Shown here: positions 8,571-19,330 of the stretch, piece after piece | How positions within the stretch are numbered: the first letter of the stretch is position 1 | Layout: every line of letters starts with the position of its first letter | Assembly: GCA_963675495.1 (NCBI GenBank) | Contig: OY776215.1 | Coordinates: 1,216,001 to 1,280,000 of the forward strand | DNA: 64,000 bases | Origin: an uncultured Methanolobus sp. | GTDB lineage: Archaea; Halobacteriota; Methanosarcinia; Methanosarcinales; Methanosarcinaceae | Direction of reading: 5' to 3' | Notes under the pieces: model-generated | Told to the model about the DNA's origin: nothing | Database searches by the model: none | The model's input: only the letters and a program-made list of their open reading frames with translations | Position numbers and translations under genes: made by a program

Positions 8571-11227
8571 TTATGAAAGCTCATTTTCAACAAAAATTAT
8601 GTTTTCATTTAAATCGATGTTTTGATAGACTTCTTTTGACCTTCCATCATACATCATATTGAAATAGTAATTAGTAGGGAGCAACTCTTTGCTGACAGTT
8701 CCGTTCACAGTGGAACCGAAATCATACCAGCTACCTGAATAGTAGTTTACAACACCAGTATCAACATGAAAACCATCCACATCAACAAATTCAACTGTCG
8801 TGTTAACGGTCTGGAAATGCACGACAGGATCAACGGAAATATCCTGATACGTTTGAACGGATGCGTGACCATAACTAAGGTCGAAATAGTAAGTAGTAGG
8901 AAGCAGCTCTTTGCTCACACTACCATTAACAGTAGAACCAAAGTCATACCAGGTACCTGAATGATATCGGACGGTATCGGAATCAAGTGGAGAACCAGTA
9001 CTGTCAACAAACTCAACAGTTGTGTTAACGGTCTGGAAATGCACGACAGGATCAACGGAAATATCCTGATACGTTTGAACGGATGCGTGACCATAACTAA
9101 GGTCGAAATAGTAAGCAGCAGGAAGCAGCTCTTTGCTCACACTACCATTAACAGTAGAACCAAAGTCATACCAGGTACCTGAATGATATCGGACGGTATC
9201 GGAATCAAGTGGTGAGCCAGTACTGTCAACAAACTCAACAGTTGTGTTAACGGTCTGGAAATGCACGACAGGATCAACGGAAATATCCTGATACGTTTGA
9301 ACGGATGCGTGACCATAAGTTAGGTCGAAATAGTAAGCAGCAGGAAGCAGTTCCTTGATAACTGTACCGTTTACAGTAGAACCGAAATCATACCATCCAC
9401 CTGAATGATATCGGACGGTATCGGAATCAAGTGGTGAACCAGTACTGTCAACAAACTCAACAGTTGTGTTAACGGTCTGGAAATGCACGATGGGATCAAC
9501 GGAAATATCCTGATACGTTTGAACGGATGCGTGACCATAAGTTAGGTCGAAATAGTAAGCAGCAGGAAGCAGTTCCTTGATAACTGTACCGTTTACAGTA
9601 GAACCGAAATCATACCATCCACCTGAATAATAACGAACATTGTCAGAATCAAGTGGTGAGCCAGTACTGTCAACAAACTCAACTGTCGTGTTAACGGTCT
9701 GGAAATGCACGATGGGATCAACGGAAACATCCTGATACGTTTGAACGGATGCGTGACCATAAGTTAGGTCGAAATAGTAAGCAGCAGGAAGCAGTTCCTT
9801 GATAACTGTACCGTTCACAGTGGAACCGAAACCATGCCATCCACCTGAATAATAACGAACATTGTCAGAATCAAGTGGAGAAACAGTACTGTCAACAAAC
9901 TCAACTGTCGTGTTAACGGTCTGGAAATTCACGATAGGATCAACGGAAACATCCTGATACGTTTGAACGGATGCGTGACCATAAGTTAGGTCGAAATAGT
10001 AAGCAGCAGGAAGCAGTTCCTTGATAACTGTACCGTTCACAGTGGAACCGAAACCATGCCATCCACCTGAATAATAACGAACATTGTCAGAATCAAGTGG
10101 TGAGCCAGTACTGTCAACAAACTCAACAGTTGTGTTAACGGTCTGGAAATGCACAACAGGGTCAACGGAAATATCCTGATACGTTTGAACGGATGCGTGA
10201 CCATAAGTTAGGTCGAAATAGTAGCAGCAGGAAGCAGTTCCTTGATAACTGTACCGTTTACAGTAGAACCGAAACCATGCCATCCATCTGAATAATAACG
10301 AACATTGTCAGAATCAAGTGGTGAGCCAGTACTGTCAACAAACTCAATTGTTGTGTTAATTGTCTGGAAAATTACAGCCCGCTCTGAAGAAAGATCCTGA
10401 TACTTCGTTAATGAGCTGTTTGCATATTTCATGCGGAAAGTGTAACTTTTCATGACCAGATTGGTAGTAACATATCCTTCTGTACCAGTAGTTCCAAGAG
10501 ATTTCCATTCTCCATCATAGTACTCCACAAGACCACCCGATAATGGGATGTCATTGCTGCTTACCAGATAGATAAATGTACGGTCATCTGCCTCTGATCC
10601 GACTTCTGAAACTACTTTATCAGAGTCAATAACCGGATTTATAACAGGAGCTAATTCAGATGCTGTTTCTAAGCGAGGGAGCAAATCAATTTCGACTGCA
10701 CTTTGGGCAAGCATCTCACCATCCAACATGAGTTTTACCATAGTTGTGTATGAACATGCCTCACCCGAGTAAAATGAATGAGAAATCATTATTCCAGACT
10801 CAATGTCCTCTGTAATGACCAGATCACTGCCATCACCAAAGTCCCAAAATACTTGAAGACCTGGATTTTCCCATTTATCCTTATCGCATTCAATGTTTAA
10901 TATGAAAGGAACTACTGTTTGCTCACCCCCACCAGTTGTAAAGTTGCCATTCTCGAGTGAGAGTGAAAAAGTGAATTCAATGTCTTCCTGATAGTGAATA
11001 TCTTTTTTATCTGCGGAAGTTGAAAAGATTTCTGATTCGGAATAGTTCTGGGAGATAGAAGCAAATCTATCTTCATTGTTGAATGAAGAAAACTTTTCTC
11101 CACTGACTTTCACAGAGTTACCATTCATATCTACTGAATAAAACGCCCCGGTAAATATAATAAAAGCCAGAAGAACACTAGTAAATACCAAAACTGCAGA
11201 TGCAAGTAGTTTTTCTTTTCCAGCCAT
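8571..11227 (-). pseudogene. Membrane-anchored surface protein (N-terminal TM, PKD-like domain, ~9 x 74-aa repeats) split by a 1-bp deletion at ~10223
   Basis: ORFs 10208..11287 and 8571..10283 join into one ~885-aa protein if one A is restored (GTAGCAGC at 10221 versus GTAAGCAGC in sister repeats). FWDFGDGS PKD motif. Confidence 0.85.
8590..10370. repeat. 222-bp intragenic tandem array (7 near-identical units plus 1 divergent terminal unit; a degenerate unit at ~10370-10590)
   Basis: GGTCTGGAAAT recurs at ~8808, 9030, 9252, 9474, 9696, 9918 and 10140. Confidence 0.95.
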
Positions 11228-11674
11228 AAAGATCAGCTCATTCTTCGCGATATATGTTCTTTCAAAGAACATTACAGACGTATTCACATAGAATGTGTTA
11301 CATGTATATAAATAATACTATACAAAAAAATAATATTAAAACACCATAACCAACACCATACGAAGTATAATAATAAAATTATAACTGTGCACCATACACA
11401 CAAATAATGACTTTCGGATACATTTTTGGAAAACAGAACACAGAAAAACTAAGGCAAATCCGTATCCTTTATTAAGGTTGTTATTTATTAAACCCAATAT
11501 AATCAAAGAAATGATCCAAATTGCATGATGTTGAAGGTTTTCAAGTACTGTTTAGAACATTTACCTAACATTAGGTACCGTTTCACAAAGAGTACGCAAG
11601 GTTAATATTCAGATTTGATCAATAGACTTTGGGAAAATAATGACGATTTAGTCCAGCGTTAAAAGGTGCGAGCA

Positions 11675-14563
11675 ATGGAAGAAGAATATAATGCACAGAA
11701 AATAGAGAACAAATGGCAAAGCCGTTGGAATGAAAGCAGGATATTCGAGCCTGAACCTGATGAAAGGGAAAAATACTTCATAACTATCCCGTACCCATAC
11801 TTGAACGGAAATTTACACGCCGGACACACAAGAACATTCACTATCGGAGATGTCATAGCCAGGCACAAAAGAATGCTTGGATATAATGTACTCTACCCAA
11901 TGGGATTCCACGTTACAGGAACACCTATTGTAGGACTTGCAGAACTTATTGCAAACAAGGATCCACAGACAATGGATGTCTATTCCCGTCTTCACAGGAT
12001 ACCTGATGACATACTGGAAAACCTCACAACTCCTGAAAAAATAGTGGAGTATTTCAGTGTGGAAGCGGAAAAAGCAATGCGTTCAATTGGTTATTCAATT
12101 GACTGGAGACGCAAGTTCACAACCACCGATGAAACGTACAAGAAATTCATCGAATGGCAATTCAATCTCCTTCATGAAAAAGGAATGATCGTAAAAGGTG
12201 CACATCCTGTAAAATGGTGCCCTAATGATGATAATCCTGTAGAGGATCATGACATACTTCACGGAGAGGAAGCTACCATCGTAGACTTCACCCTGATGAA
12301 ATTCAGATATGATGGCATGGTACTTCCATGTGCAACTCTCAGGCCTGAGACTATTTTTGGCGTTACCAACCTCTGGGTGAACCCGGACATAGAACATGTA
12401 AAACTTAAGGTCACAAAAGATGAACGTGAAGAGATATGGGTAGTAAGCCAGGAAGCTTACAGAAAGCTCACCTTTACCGACAGGACCATTGAGTTCATAG
12501 AGAACGTACCTGGCAAAGACCTCATAGGCATCAAAGTGACAAATCCACTATCTGGAAATGAAGTAATAACACTACCAGCATCTTTTGTTAAAGCAGAAAA
12601 TGGCAGCGGCATCGTTATGAGCGTGCCTGCCCACGCACCTTATGATTACCTGGCACTCAAAGATCTTTATGACAAGGACCTGTCTGAATACGGAATTACA
12701 GAGAATCTAAGGGACATCAAACTCATTTCACTTATCCAGGCCAAGGAATTTGGGGAATATCCGGCAGTAGAAGCGGTTGAACAATTTGGTGTAAAGGACC
12801 AAAAAGACCCTAAGGCCGAAGAAGCCACAAAGATGGTGTATCGTCGTGAGTTCCATGGTGGTGTTCTGAAAGAGAACACCGGAAAGTACGCTGGTGTAGC
12901 AGTTTCCAAAATAAAGGACATACTTACAAGAGACCTTATTGAACAAGGTATAGGAGAGGTGTTCTATGAATTCAGTGAACCTGTTGTATGTCGCTGTGGA
13001 ACCCCATGTGTTGTCAATATGGTCAAAGGACAATGGTTCCTCAATTATTCTAACCCACAGTGGAAAGACAAGGTCTACAAATGTATTAAGGGAATGGACA
13101 TCATCCCAGAGGAAATAAGAGTTGAGTTCAACAACAAGGTAGACTGGCTTAAAGACAAAGCATGCGCCAGGAAAAAAGGACTTGGTACCAGACTTCCATT
13201 CGATACGAACTGGCTTATTGAATCTCTTGGAGATTCAACCATTTACATGTCATACTACATAACGAACAAATTCTTTGCACAGGGAATCGATGTAGACCAG
13301 CTGACCCCTGCACTCTTTGACTATGTACTGCTTGGCAAAGGATCCGTACAGCAAGCAGCAGTTGACACCGGACTTACGGAAGTGATCATTGCAAACATCA
13401 AGTCTGATTTTGACTACTGGTATCCTGTGGACCTGAGATCTTCAGGAAAAGACCTTGTGCCAAATCACCTCTTGTTCTTCCTGTTCCACCATGTTGCAAT
13501 ATTTGATGAAGACAGATGGCCACGCGCTCTTGCAGTGAATGGATTTGTGTCCCTCGAAGGGCAGAAGATGAGTAAATCCAAGGGCCCGATACTTACACTT
13601 AGAGAAGCCGTTGACACCTATGGTGCTGATGTTTCACGTATGTACATTCTTTCAAGCGCAGAACAAACCCAGGATGCCGACTGGAGAGATGACGGAGTAA
13701 AAAGCTCAAGAAAGCAGGTGGAAAGGTTCTACAAACTTGCAAATGAAATAATAGATTCAGGTGCAACATCCGGCATTGATGATGATCTCAAACTCATTGA
13801 CCGCTGGATGCTCAGCAGGCTCCAGCAGTGTGTCAGAGAAACAAACAATGACATGACATCAATTCGCACAAGAAGTGCGCTCCAAAATTCATTTTTCCTC
13901 CTCTACAACGATGTGAAATGGTACCAGAGAAGAGGGGGGACAGCGCTTCTCTACGATGTGCTCGATGTATGGGTACGCCTGATGGCTCCTTTCACACCCC
14001 ACATATGCGAAGAAATATGGACCAATATGGGCCATGGTGATGGTGACTTTGTATCCCAGGCAGCATATCCGATATTCTGCCCAAGGTTCATAGACAACGA
14101 TGCCGAACTTGCGGAAGAACTGATGTGTAGCACGCTTTCTGATATTGAGGAGATCATTAAGGTCACAAAGATAAAACCTAAGATGATAGCTCTTTACACT
14201 GCACCTGATTGGAAAGTTAAAACTTTCAAGATGGCGCTTGAAATGAAGAACAATGACGAGCTCAACCCGGGAAAGCTCATAAAGACATTGATGTCTGATC
14301 CCGAGAACCGAAGACATGGAAAGGAGATACCAAAATATGTCCAGAAGCTCGTACCGGATATTTCCAGTATGAAGACTGAAAGGTTCGAGATGCTTCTTGG
14401 AATGCGCCTTGACGAGATGACAGTCCTTCAAGAGAACACGGGCTGTATTTCAAACGAGATCGGTTGTCCGATACAGGTTTATACGGCTGATGAACCGGAG
14501 TATGACCCGGAAAATAAATCAAGGTTTGCAGCTCCCCTCAGACCTGCCATCTATCTTGAATAA
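11675..14563 (+). CDS. leuS: Leucine--tRNA ligase (archaeal type)
   Basis: PYPYLNGNLHAGH (HIGH), KMSKS, ATLRPET and VMSVPAHAP editing motifs. Confidence 0.97.
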   Translation: MEEEYNAQKIENKWQSRWNESRIFEPEPDEREKYFITIPYPYLNGNLHAGHTRTFTIGDVIARHKRMLGYNVLYPMGFHVTGTPIVGLAELIANKDPQTMDVYSRLHRIPDDILENLTTPEKIVEYFSVEAEKAMRSIGYSIDWRRKFTTTDETYKKFIEWQFNLLHEKGMIVKGAHPVKWCPNDDNPVEDHDILHGEEATIVDFTLMKFRYDGMVLPCATLRPETIFGVTNLWVNPDIEHVKLKVTKDEREEIWVVSQEAYRKLTFTDRTIEFIENVPGKDLIGIKVTNPLSGNEVITLPASFVKAENGSGIVMSVPAHAPYDYLALKDLYDKDLSEYGITENLRDIKLISLIQAKEFGEYPAVEAVEQFGVKDQKDPKAEEATKMVYRREFHGGVLKENTGKYAGVAVSKIKDILTRDLIEQGIGEVFYEFSEPVVCRCGTPCVVNMVKGQWFLNYSNPQWKDKVYKCIKGMDIIPEEIRVEFNNKVDWLKDKACARKKGLGTRLPFDTNWLIESLGDSTIYMSYYITNKFFAQGIDVDQLTPALFDYVLLGKGSVQQAAVDTGLTEVIIANIKSDFDYWYPVDLRSSGKDLVPNHLLFFLFHHVAIFDEDRWPRALAVNGFVSLEGQKMSKSKGPILTLREAVDTYGADVSRMYILSSAEQTQDADWRDDGVKSSRKQVERFYKLANEIIDSGATSGIDDDLKLIDRWMLSRLQQCVRETNNDMTSIRTRSALQNSFFLLYNDVKWYQRRGGTALLYDVLDVWVRLMAPFTPHICEEIWTNMGHGDGDFVSQAAYPIFCPRFIDNDAELAEELMCSTLSDIEEIIKVTKIKPKMIALYTAPDWKVKTFKMALEMKNNDELNPGKLIKTLMSDPENRRHGKEIPKYVQKLVPDISSMKTERFEMLLGMRLDEMTVLQENTGCISNEIGCPIQVYTADEPEYDPENKSRFAAPLRPAIYLE

Positions 14564-14578
14564 ATGAATTTGTGGTTG

Positions 14579-14610
14579 CTGGCACCTGAAAGCCAGTTTT
14601 TACTTTTTTC
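14579..14610 (+). terminator. Hairpin plus T-tract after leuS
   Basis: CTGGC-N8-GCCAG followed by TTTTTACTTTTTTC. Confidence 0.55.
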
Positions 14611-14615
14611 TATAA

Positions 14616-15872
14616 TGGCAAAGAAGGAATATAGCCTGCCATGATGACCTTTTTTATGATAATTTCAATGCCATCCCAGGCAATTCAAATATCAGCTACA
14701 CATTTGTGATGGCCGATGATTACATGGAAGTCTTTGAACTGGTTCAGAGTAGAAAAACTGATGCAGGGATAATCGCAAAATCCTATGCAAAAGAGCATGA
14801 AGCACAGTATGATGTGGAAAATATACCTTTCGTCATAGCCCCTAATGACATGGTTTTTGCATTGTCTAATAATTCAGATAATGAAATTGCCAGGACGATA
14901 GACGAAAATATTCTCCAGATGGTAGTTGAAGACGGAATCGTATATTACGCTTCATCGGAAACAAGCGAATTGAACCTGACCACATGGGAAAGTCCTTCAT
15001 GGCTGAAATTATCTGTTAGTATTGGCGGTGGATTTCTTTTATTGTTTGTAATATTGAGCCTGACCCTGCGTAACAAAGTGGACGAGAAAAACACAGAACT
15101 TAATTCAAAGAACAGGGAACTGGAAGTAGAGATCAGGGAGAGGAAAATAGCAGAGGAAAAGTTGAAACAATACTCCCTTGAGTTGAAACACTCAAAAGAG
15201 CTCAAAGATCCCTTCACAGACATACTCAGGCACGACCTTATAAACCCTGCCACCGTCATCAAAGGCTATGTTGAACACCTCATAGAAGTGAAGAACGAAA
15301 GTCAGAAAGAAGATGCTTTGAAGGCAATTGAAAGAAATAACAAAAAACTCATAGGCCTTATTGAGAATGCTGCAAATCTAGCCAAGATCGAGAACATGGA
15401 TGAACTTGATTTTGAAACTGTGGATTTGAAAGAGATCATTGAAGAAATAATGGATAAACTCAAACCAAAGATGGACTATAAGGACATGAAAGTGATTTTC
15501 AATCCGACAGGTGAGTATCCAGCAGATGTTTATACGACTATAGAGGATGTTTTTTCAAACCTTATAGGGAATTCCACAAAATACAGTCCTTCAGGAAGTA
15601 CGATCACAATAAATATTGATGATCTTGAGGATTTATGGAAAATATCCATAACATATGAAGGTGAGGGAATATCTAATAAAGATAAACCCCATATTTTTGA
15701 CAGGTTCAAAAGGGCACACAAAGTAAATGTAAAAGGCTCAGGTCTTGGACTTGCCATAGTCAAACGTATAATAGAACTGCATGAAGGAAGCGTGGGAATT
15801 GAGGATGGACCTGATGGAAAAGGAACAAAATTCAATGTGCTCCTGAAAAAAGCAATTATCGAGAAAAGATAA
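14616..15872 (+). pseudogene. Probably decayed sensor histidine kinase (partial periplasmic-binding domain, TM, HisKA, HATPase)
   Basis: RHDLINP H-box and GSGLGL are present. The G1 box reads ITYEGEG (Asp to Tyr) and the N-box reads NSTKY. The sensor domain begins abruptly, with no signal peptide or first TM. Confidence 0.65.
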
Positions 15873-15880
15873 TTAGTACC

Positions 15881-16672
15881 TCAATAGATGTCTGGGCGCC
15901 TGTCTTCCAGTACAGGGATCATTTCCCTTACTTTCTGAGCTGTTTCAAATTCAATGTCATCCAAAATCACACACTCCATGTCATATGCTTCTGTTTTCAC
16001 ATCACCCAGAGCGTCGATTATTATGGAACCTCCAAAGAAAGAGGAATCCGGGTCATTCCCTACCCTATTGCATGCAATGTGAGGTATCTGGTTCTCAATT
16101 GAACGGGCTATTGCAAGTGACTTCCATATATGCCCCCGCGGTGAAGGAAACTCGGCAATGGTAACAAGTAGGTCAGAGCCTTCAAGAACAAGTTTCCTGG
16201 CAACTTCAGGAAATCGTATTTCATAACATATCTGAAGACCAACTGTAATCTCCCGTTTAACCAGTCTGACGGGATGAATTTCACTTCCTGATGAAAAATA
16301 CTGTTTTTCCCTTTTGAAAGGATGTGTTTTACGATACTTTCCTGCGATTTCTCCATCTTCAATGCACAAACCCAGATTATAATAATTAAAATCATCTTCA
16401 GCATCTTTCTTTTCTATTAAGGAAAAAATAAGGACGCATTGATGTTTTCTTGAGAACTCGCACATTTTCCGTACAGTTTCACCGTTCTCTGGCTCAGCAG
16501 AGTTATCCATATCCTCATAACAGAAACCTGTTGAAAACACTTCAGGAAATATCAGAATATCGGCGCCTTTTGTCAGAGCTTCTCGTGCCATGAAAAAAGC
16601 TTTTGAAATGTTTGCTTCTTTTTCGCAATGGAGTACATCCATCTGTATACAGGCCACTTTTACAGTATTCAT
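15881..16672 (-). CDS. Carbon-nitrogen hydrolase (nitrilase/omega-amidase family)
   Basis: IFPE, YRKTH, ICYEIRFPE catalytic triad, ARSIENQ. Confidence 0.92.
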   Translation of the reverse strand: MNTVKVACIQMDVLHCEKEANISKAFFMAREALTKGADILIFPEVFSTGFCYEDMDNSAEPENGETVRKMCEFSRKHQCVLIFSLIEKKDAEDDFNYYNLGLCIEDGEIAGKYRKTHPFKREKQYFSSGSEIHPVRLVKREITVGLQICYEIRFPEVARKLVLEGSDLLVTIAEFPSPRGHIWKSLAIARSIENQIPHIACNRVGNDPDSSFFGGSIIIDALGDVKTEAYDMECVILDDIEFETAQKVREMIPVLEDRRPDIY

Positions 16673-16744
16673 AAAAAACAAAACCTTTTCAACCTATTTT
16701 ATGAATCAATGTATTATTTGTTATTAAGCACCAAAGAGGATAGT

Positions 16745-17356
16745 TTATCCAAAATCCGTAATGGAAGTGGATTTTGTTTTAGGAATAAGGCCACCCAGGT
16801 CAACAGAACTCCTTACTATTTTGAAAAGTATACAATTGGAATTCTTTACGATTTCCTCAGTCACATTTTTAATTTCATAAGCAGGCTCCCCTAAGGGAAT
16901 TTTAATTTTTGTGATGCCTGCAGCATATTCCTTTGGATTTTTGTCCGTCGGACTGATAGCACAGTTTACTGAAGCAATATAATCAGTCAGGCTTTTTCCA
17001 CTCAAGCCCATTCTAATGAACTCTTCCTTAAATACAGGCCTGTCAAGTGTTCTTGATAAAACATAAGTTGCAACAGGAATCATCAAAAATGGTTCAATAT
17101 GTTTTATCTGTTCGGCAATGAGGGAATATATATCCTCATTGTCACTTTGTTCGGTTTCCACAATGCTATAAACTTTAGAAGGAGGAATCTCAACTTCATT
17201 CAATATATTGAGATCCTTCAGAGCCCGCAGGTAGCCAGTCATTACAAGACGGTGCTCATCCATTCCCCTGTCTTTCAGTTCACGTGTAACACCACTGATA
17301 GATAGCTGTCTGCCTTTAAGAATTTCGTTGACGAATAGATAAATAGTATCAGACAT
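16745..17356 (-). CDS. Hypothetical protein with N-terminal winged-helix-like region
   Basis: LSISGVTRELK..HRLVMTGYLRAL..PPSKVY. GGTG RBS before MSDT. Confidence 0.7.
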   Translation of the reverse strand: MSDTIYLFVNEILKGRQLSISGVTRELKDRGMDEHRLVMTGYLRALKDLNILNEVEIPPSKVYSIVETEQSDNEDIYSLIAEQIKHIEPFLMIPVATYVLSRTLDRPVFKEEFIRMGLSGKSLTDYIASVNCAISPTDKNPKEYAAGITKIKIPLGEPAYEIKNVTEEIVKNSNCILFKIVRSSVDLGGLIPKTKSTSITDFG

Positions 17357-17923
17357 ATTAACTGCACCATAATTGATAACAAACCTGATATATTTAGCGG
17401 TACTTCCCAAATAAAATTTACAATCACCATATATACAGGTAGATTTAAAAGCAATAGTGACGTTATAAGAGTCCCTCATAGTCTGATGGAAACTATATCA
17501 CTAATGACTTATCATGATATTAATCCGGTAAATAAAAATGTGTCCCCCTGTTAGCATGAAATGAACATGTGGAAGTATTTATTTGACTCATCTGTAAGCC
17601 ATTAATATCACGAACACATATACCATATGGCTAAAGTTGATATACTTCCACCTTTTGTGATACCTTTAGGAGGACGTTCATTATGTACTGTAGATGAAGC
17701 TGTTTCCTAAGGCAAAATTGCAAAAGAGAATACAGGTATTTGTGGATGCTACCATAGCATTTACAATTGTGACCCAGACGTTGCATGAGAAAATAAGAAC
17801 CAGCCACATAAAAAATCTTCTTTCAACAGGAAGAAAAGGCTGATATCTATTTCGAAACTTTATGAAATCACAACACATTTATTAGGTTAAACCTCAATAT
17901 AATAGGTACTAAAATAGACAATA

Positions 17924-17940
17924 GGTAGTCAGTGACTACC
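17924..17940. promoter_or_regulatory. Perfect palindrome, candidate operator
   Basis: GGTAGTCA-G-TGACTACC about 70 bp upstream of 18012. Confidence 0.5.
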
Positions 17941-18011
17941 CACATGAACAAGTGAAGAAGTTCAAATGTGGCTATTTATACCAGATCCGTTGACATAGAC
18001 GAGGTAATCAA

Positions 18012-18527
18012 ATGAGTAAACGAACAAGAATTATTAATGACCCCTCCGAACTCGTACCTCTGCTTCAGGTTTTTGGATCCCAGAGACACAAAAAAGTATT
18101 TGATTCACTTCTGAACCTATGGATGACTAAGGAAGAACTTGAGGAGCTTTTAGGTACCGATGTTACTAAAAGCATCAATATTCTCAAGAAAAGCGGTTTG
18201 ATAGAAAGCCAGTGGCATATGCCGGAACCTGGCAAGACCCCTGAAAAGGAATACCGTTCATCCTATTCTAAAGTCCAGACAAATTTCCAATGCTCTTTCG
18301 AAGACATGAGTGACATTATTATGCTCACTTTTATGCCCTATGAAGAAGTGAAGGATGCCATTGAAGAACTTGAGAAGTTAGTTGAACAGGGAAACGATTC
18401 TATGAGCAGTCTTACAAGAGCATTGAGCAAGAGTCCGTTATACATTCGAGCGGTTGCCCGCAGGTCTGATAAACTCACGGTCATGGGACAAAGACTCAAG
18501 GTACTTCAGGGCGGAGAAGCAGAATGA
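18012..18527 (+). CDS. ArsR-like archaeal wHTH transcriptional regulator
   Basis: WMTKEELEE..LKKSGLIESQW..PEKEY. GAGGT RBS. Confidence 0.75.
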   Translation: MSKRTRIINDPSELVPLLQVFGSQRHKKVFDSLLNLWMTKEELEELLGTDVTKSINILKKSGLIESQWHMPEPGKTPEKEYRSSYSKVQTNFQCSFEDMSDIIMLTFMPYEEVKDAIEELEKLVEQGNDSMSSLTRALSKSPLYIRAVARRSDKLTVMGQRLKVLQGGEAE

Positions 18528-19312
18528 TAGAACTTCTTCATAGCAAAAGTGGCATCACCAAATTCCAGATACTTATAGAAGTAGCTGCACATCAACCTAA
18601 TGTACGACAGAAGGAAATTGCTGAAAAAATAGGAGTTACACCTCAGGCAGTATCCGAATACATCAAAGAACTCGTCGCAGAAGGTTTAGTCTATTCTGAA
18701 GGGAGAGTTCGCTACAGAATTACAAAAGTAGGTGTTGAATGGGTACTTGAAAATGCTGCAGACATGAAGAGATATGCACGCTACGTAATGAGCGATATAA
18801 TAAGCCATGTATCTACCTGGACTGCAATTGCCGAGGAAGACCTTGAAAAAGGAAAAGAGGTCTACCTTAAAATGGATAATGGTTTACTTTATGTGAGTAC
18901 AACTGGTGTGACTAACGCAACAGGAACAACAATTTCAAGTGCAAAGAAAGGTGACGATGTAGGTGTTACTGACCTAATGGGCCTTATTGATCTTGAGAAT
19001 GCAAGCATTACAATTTGCAAGATACCAAGAGTTGAGCGGGGTGGATCACATAATGTTGATCTAGAGCGTTTAAGGTCCCTTGCTAAATCCAAATCATATA
19101 TTGCAACAGTGGGGGTTGAGTCACTTATATCCCTGAGAAGAATCGGCCTTGAACCCCACGTAATGTTCGGGGCAAAAGAATCGGTCATTGAAGCCGCATA
19201 TCATGGCGTATCTTCACTTGTGCTTGCCATTGATGAAGAAGTACCAACCATTCTGAGCAGGCTTGAAGCTGAAGATCTCGAATATGAACTTGTCGACCTT
19301 AGTATACAATGA
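18524..19312 (+). CDS. wHTH (MarR/Crp-like) transcriptional regulator
   Basis: QKEIAEKIGVTPQAVSEYIKEL HTH. ATGA overlap with the upstream gene. Confidence 0.85.
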   Translation: MIELLHSKSGITKFQILIEVAAHQPNVRQKEIAEKIGVTPQAVSEYIKELVAEGLVYSEGRVRYRITKVGVEWVLENAADMKRYARYVMSDIISHVSTWTAIAEEDLEKGKEVYLKMDNGLLYVSTTGVTNATGTTISSAKKGDDVGVTDLMGLIDLENASITICKIPRVERGGSHNVDLERLRSLAKSKSYIATVGVESLISLRRIGLEPHVMFGAKESVIEAAYHGVSSLVLAIDEEVPTILSRLEAEDLEYELVDLSIQ

Positions 19313-19330
19313 CCGGATGAAGATGATCTT

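Noticed and set aside
8590-10370. Regular repeats as a CRISPR array or DGR
   Set aside because: Units are 222 bp, in-frame coding and lack unique spacers. There are no cas or reverse transcriptase genes, and the variation is not adenine-specific.
11341-11396. Three CACCATA copies upstream of the repeat surface gene
   Set aside because: Short, irregularly spaced and of weak significance
17357-18011. Replication origin, given the many replication genes in the window
   Set aside because: No orc1/cdc6 nearby and no convincing repeated ORB (TCCAxTGGAA plus G-string) elements
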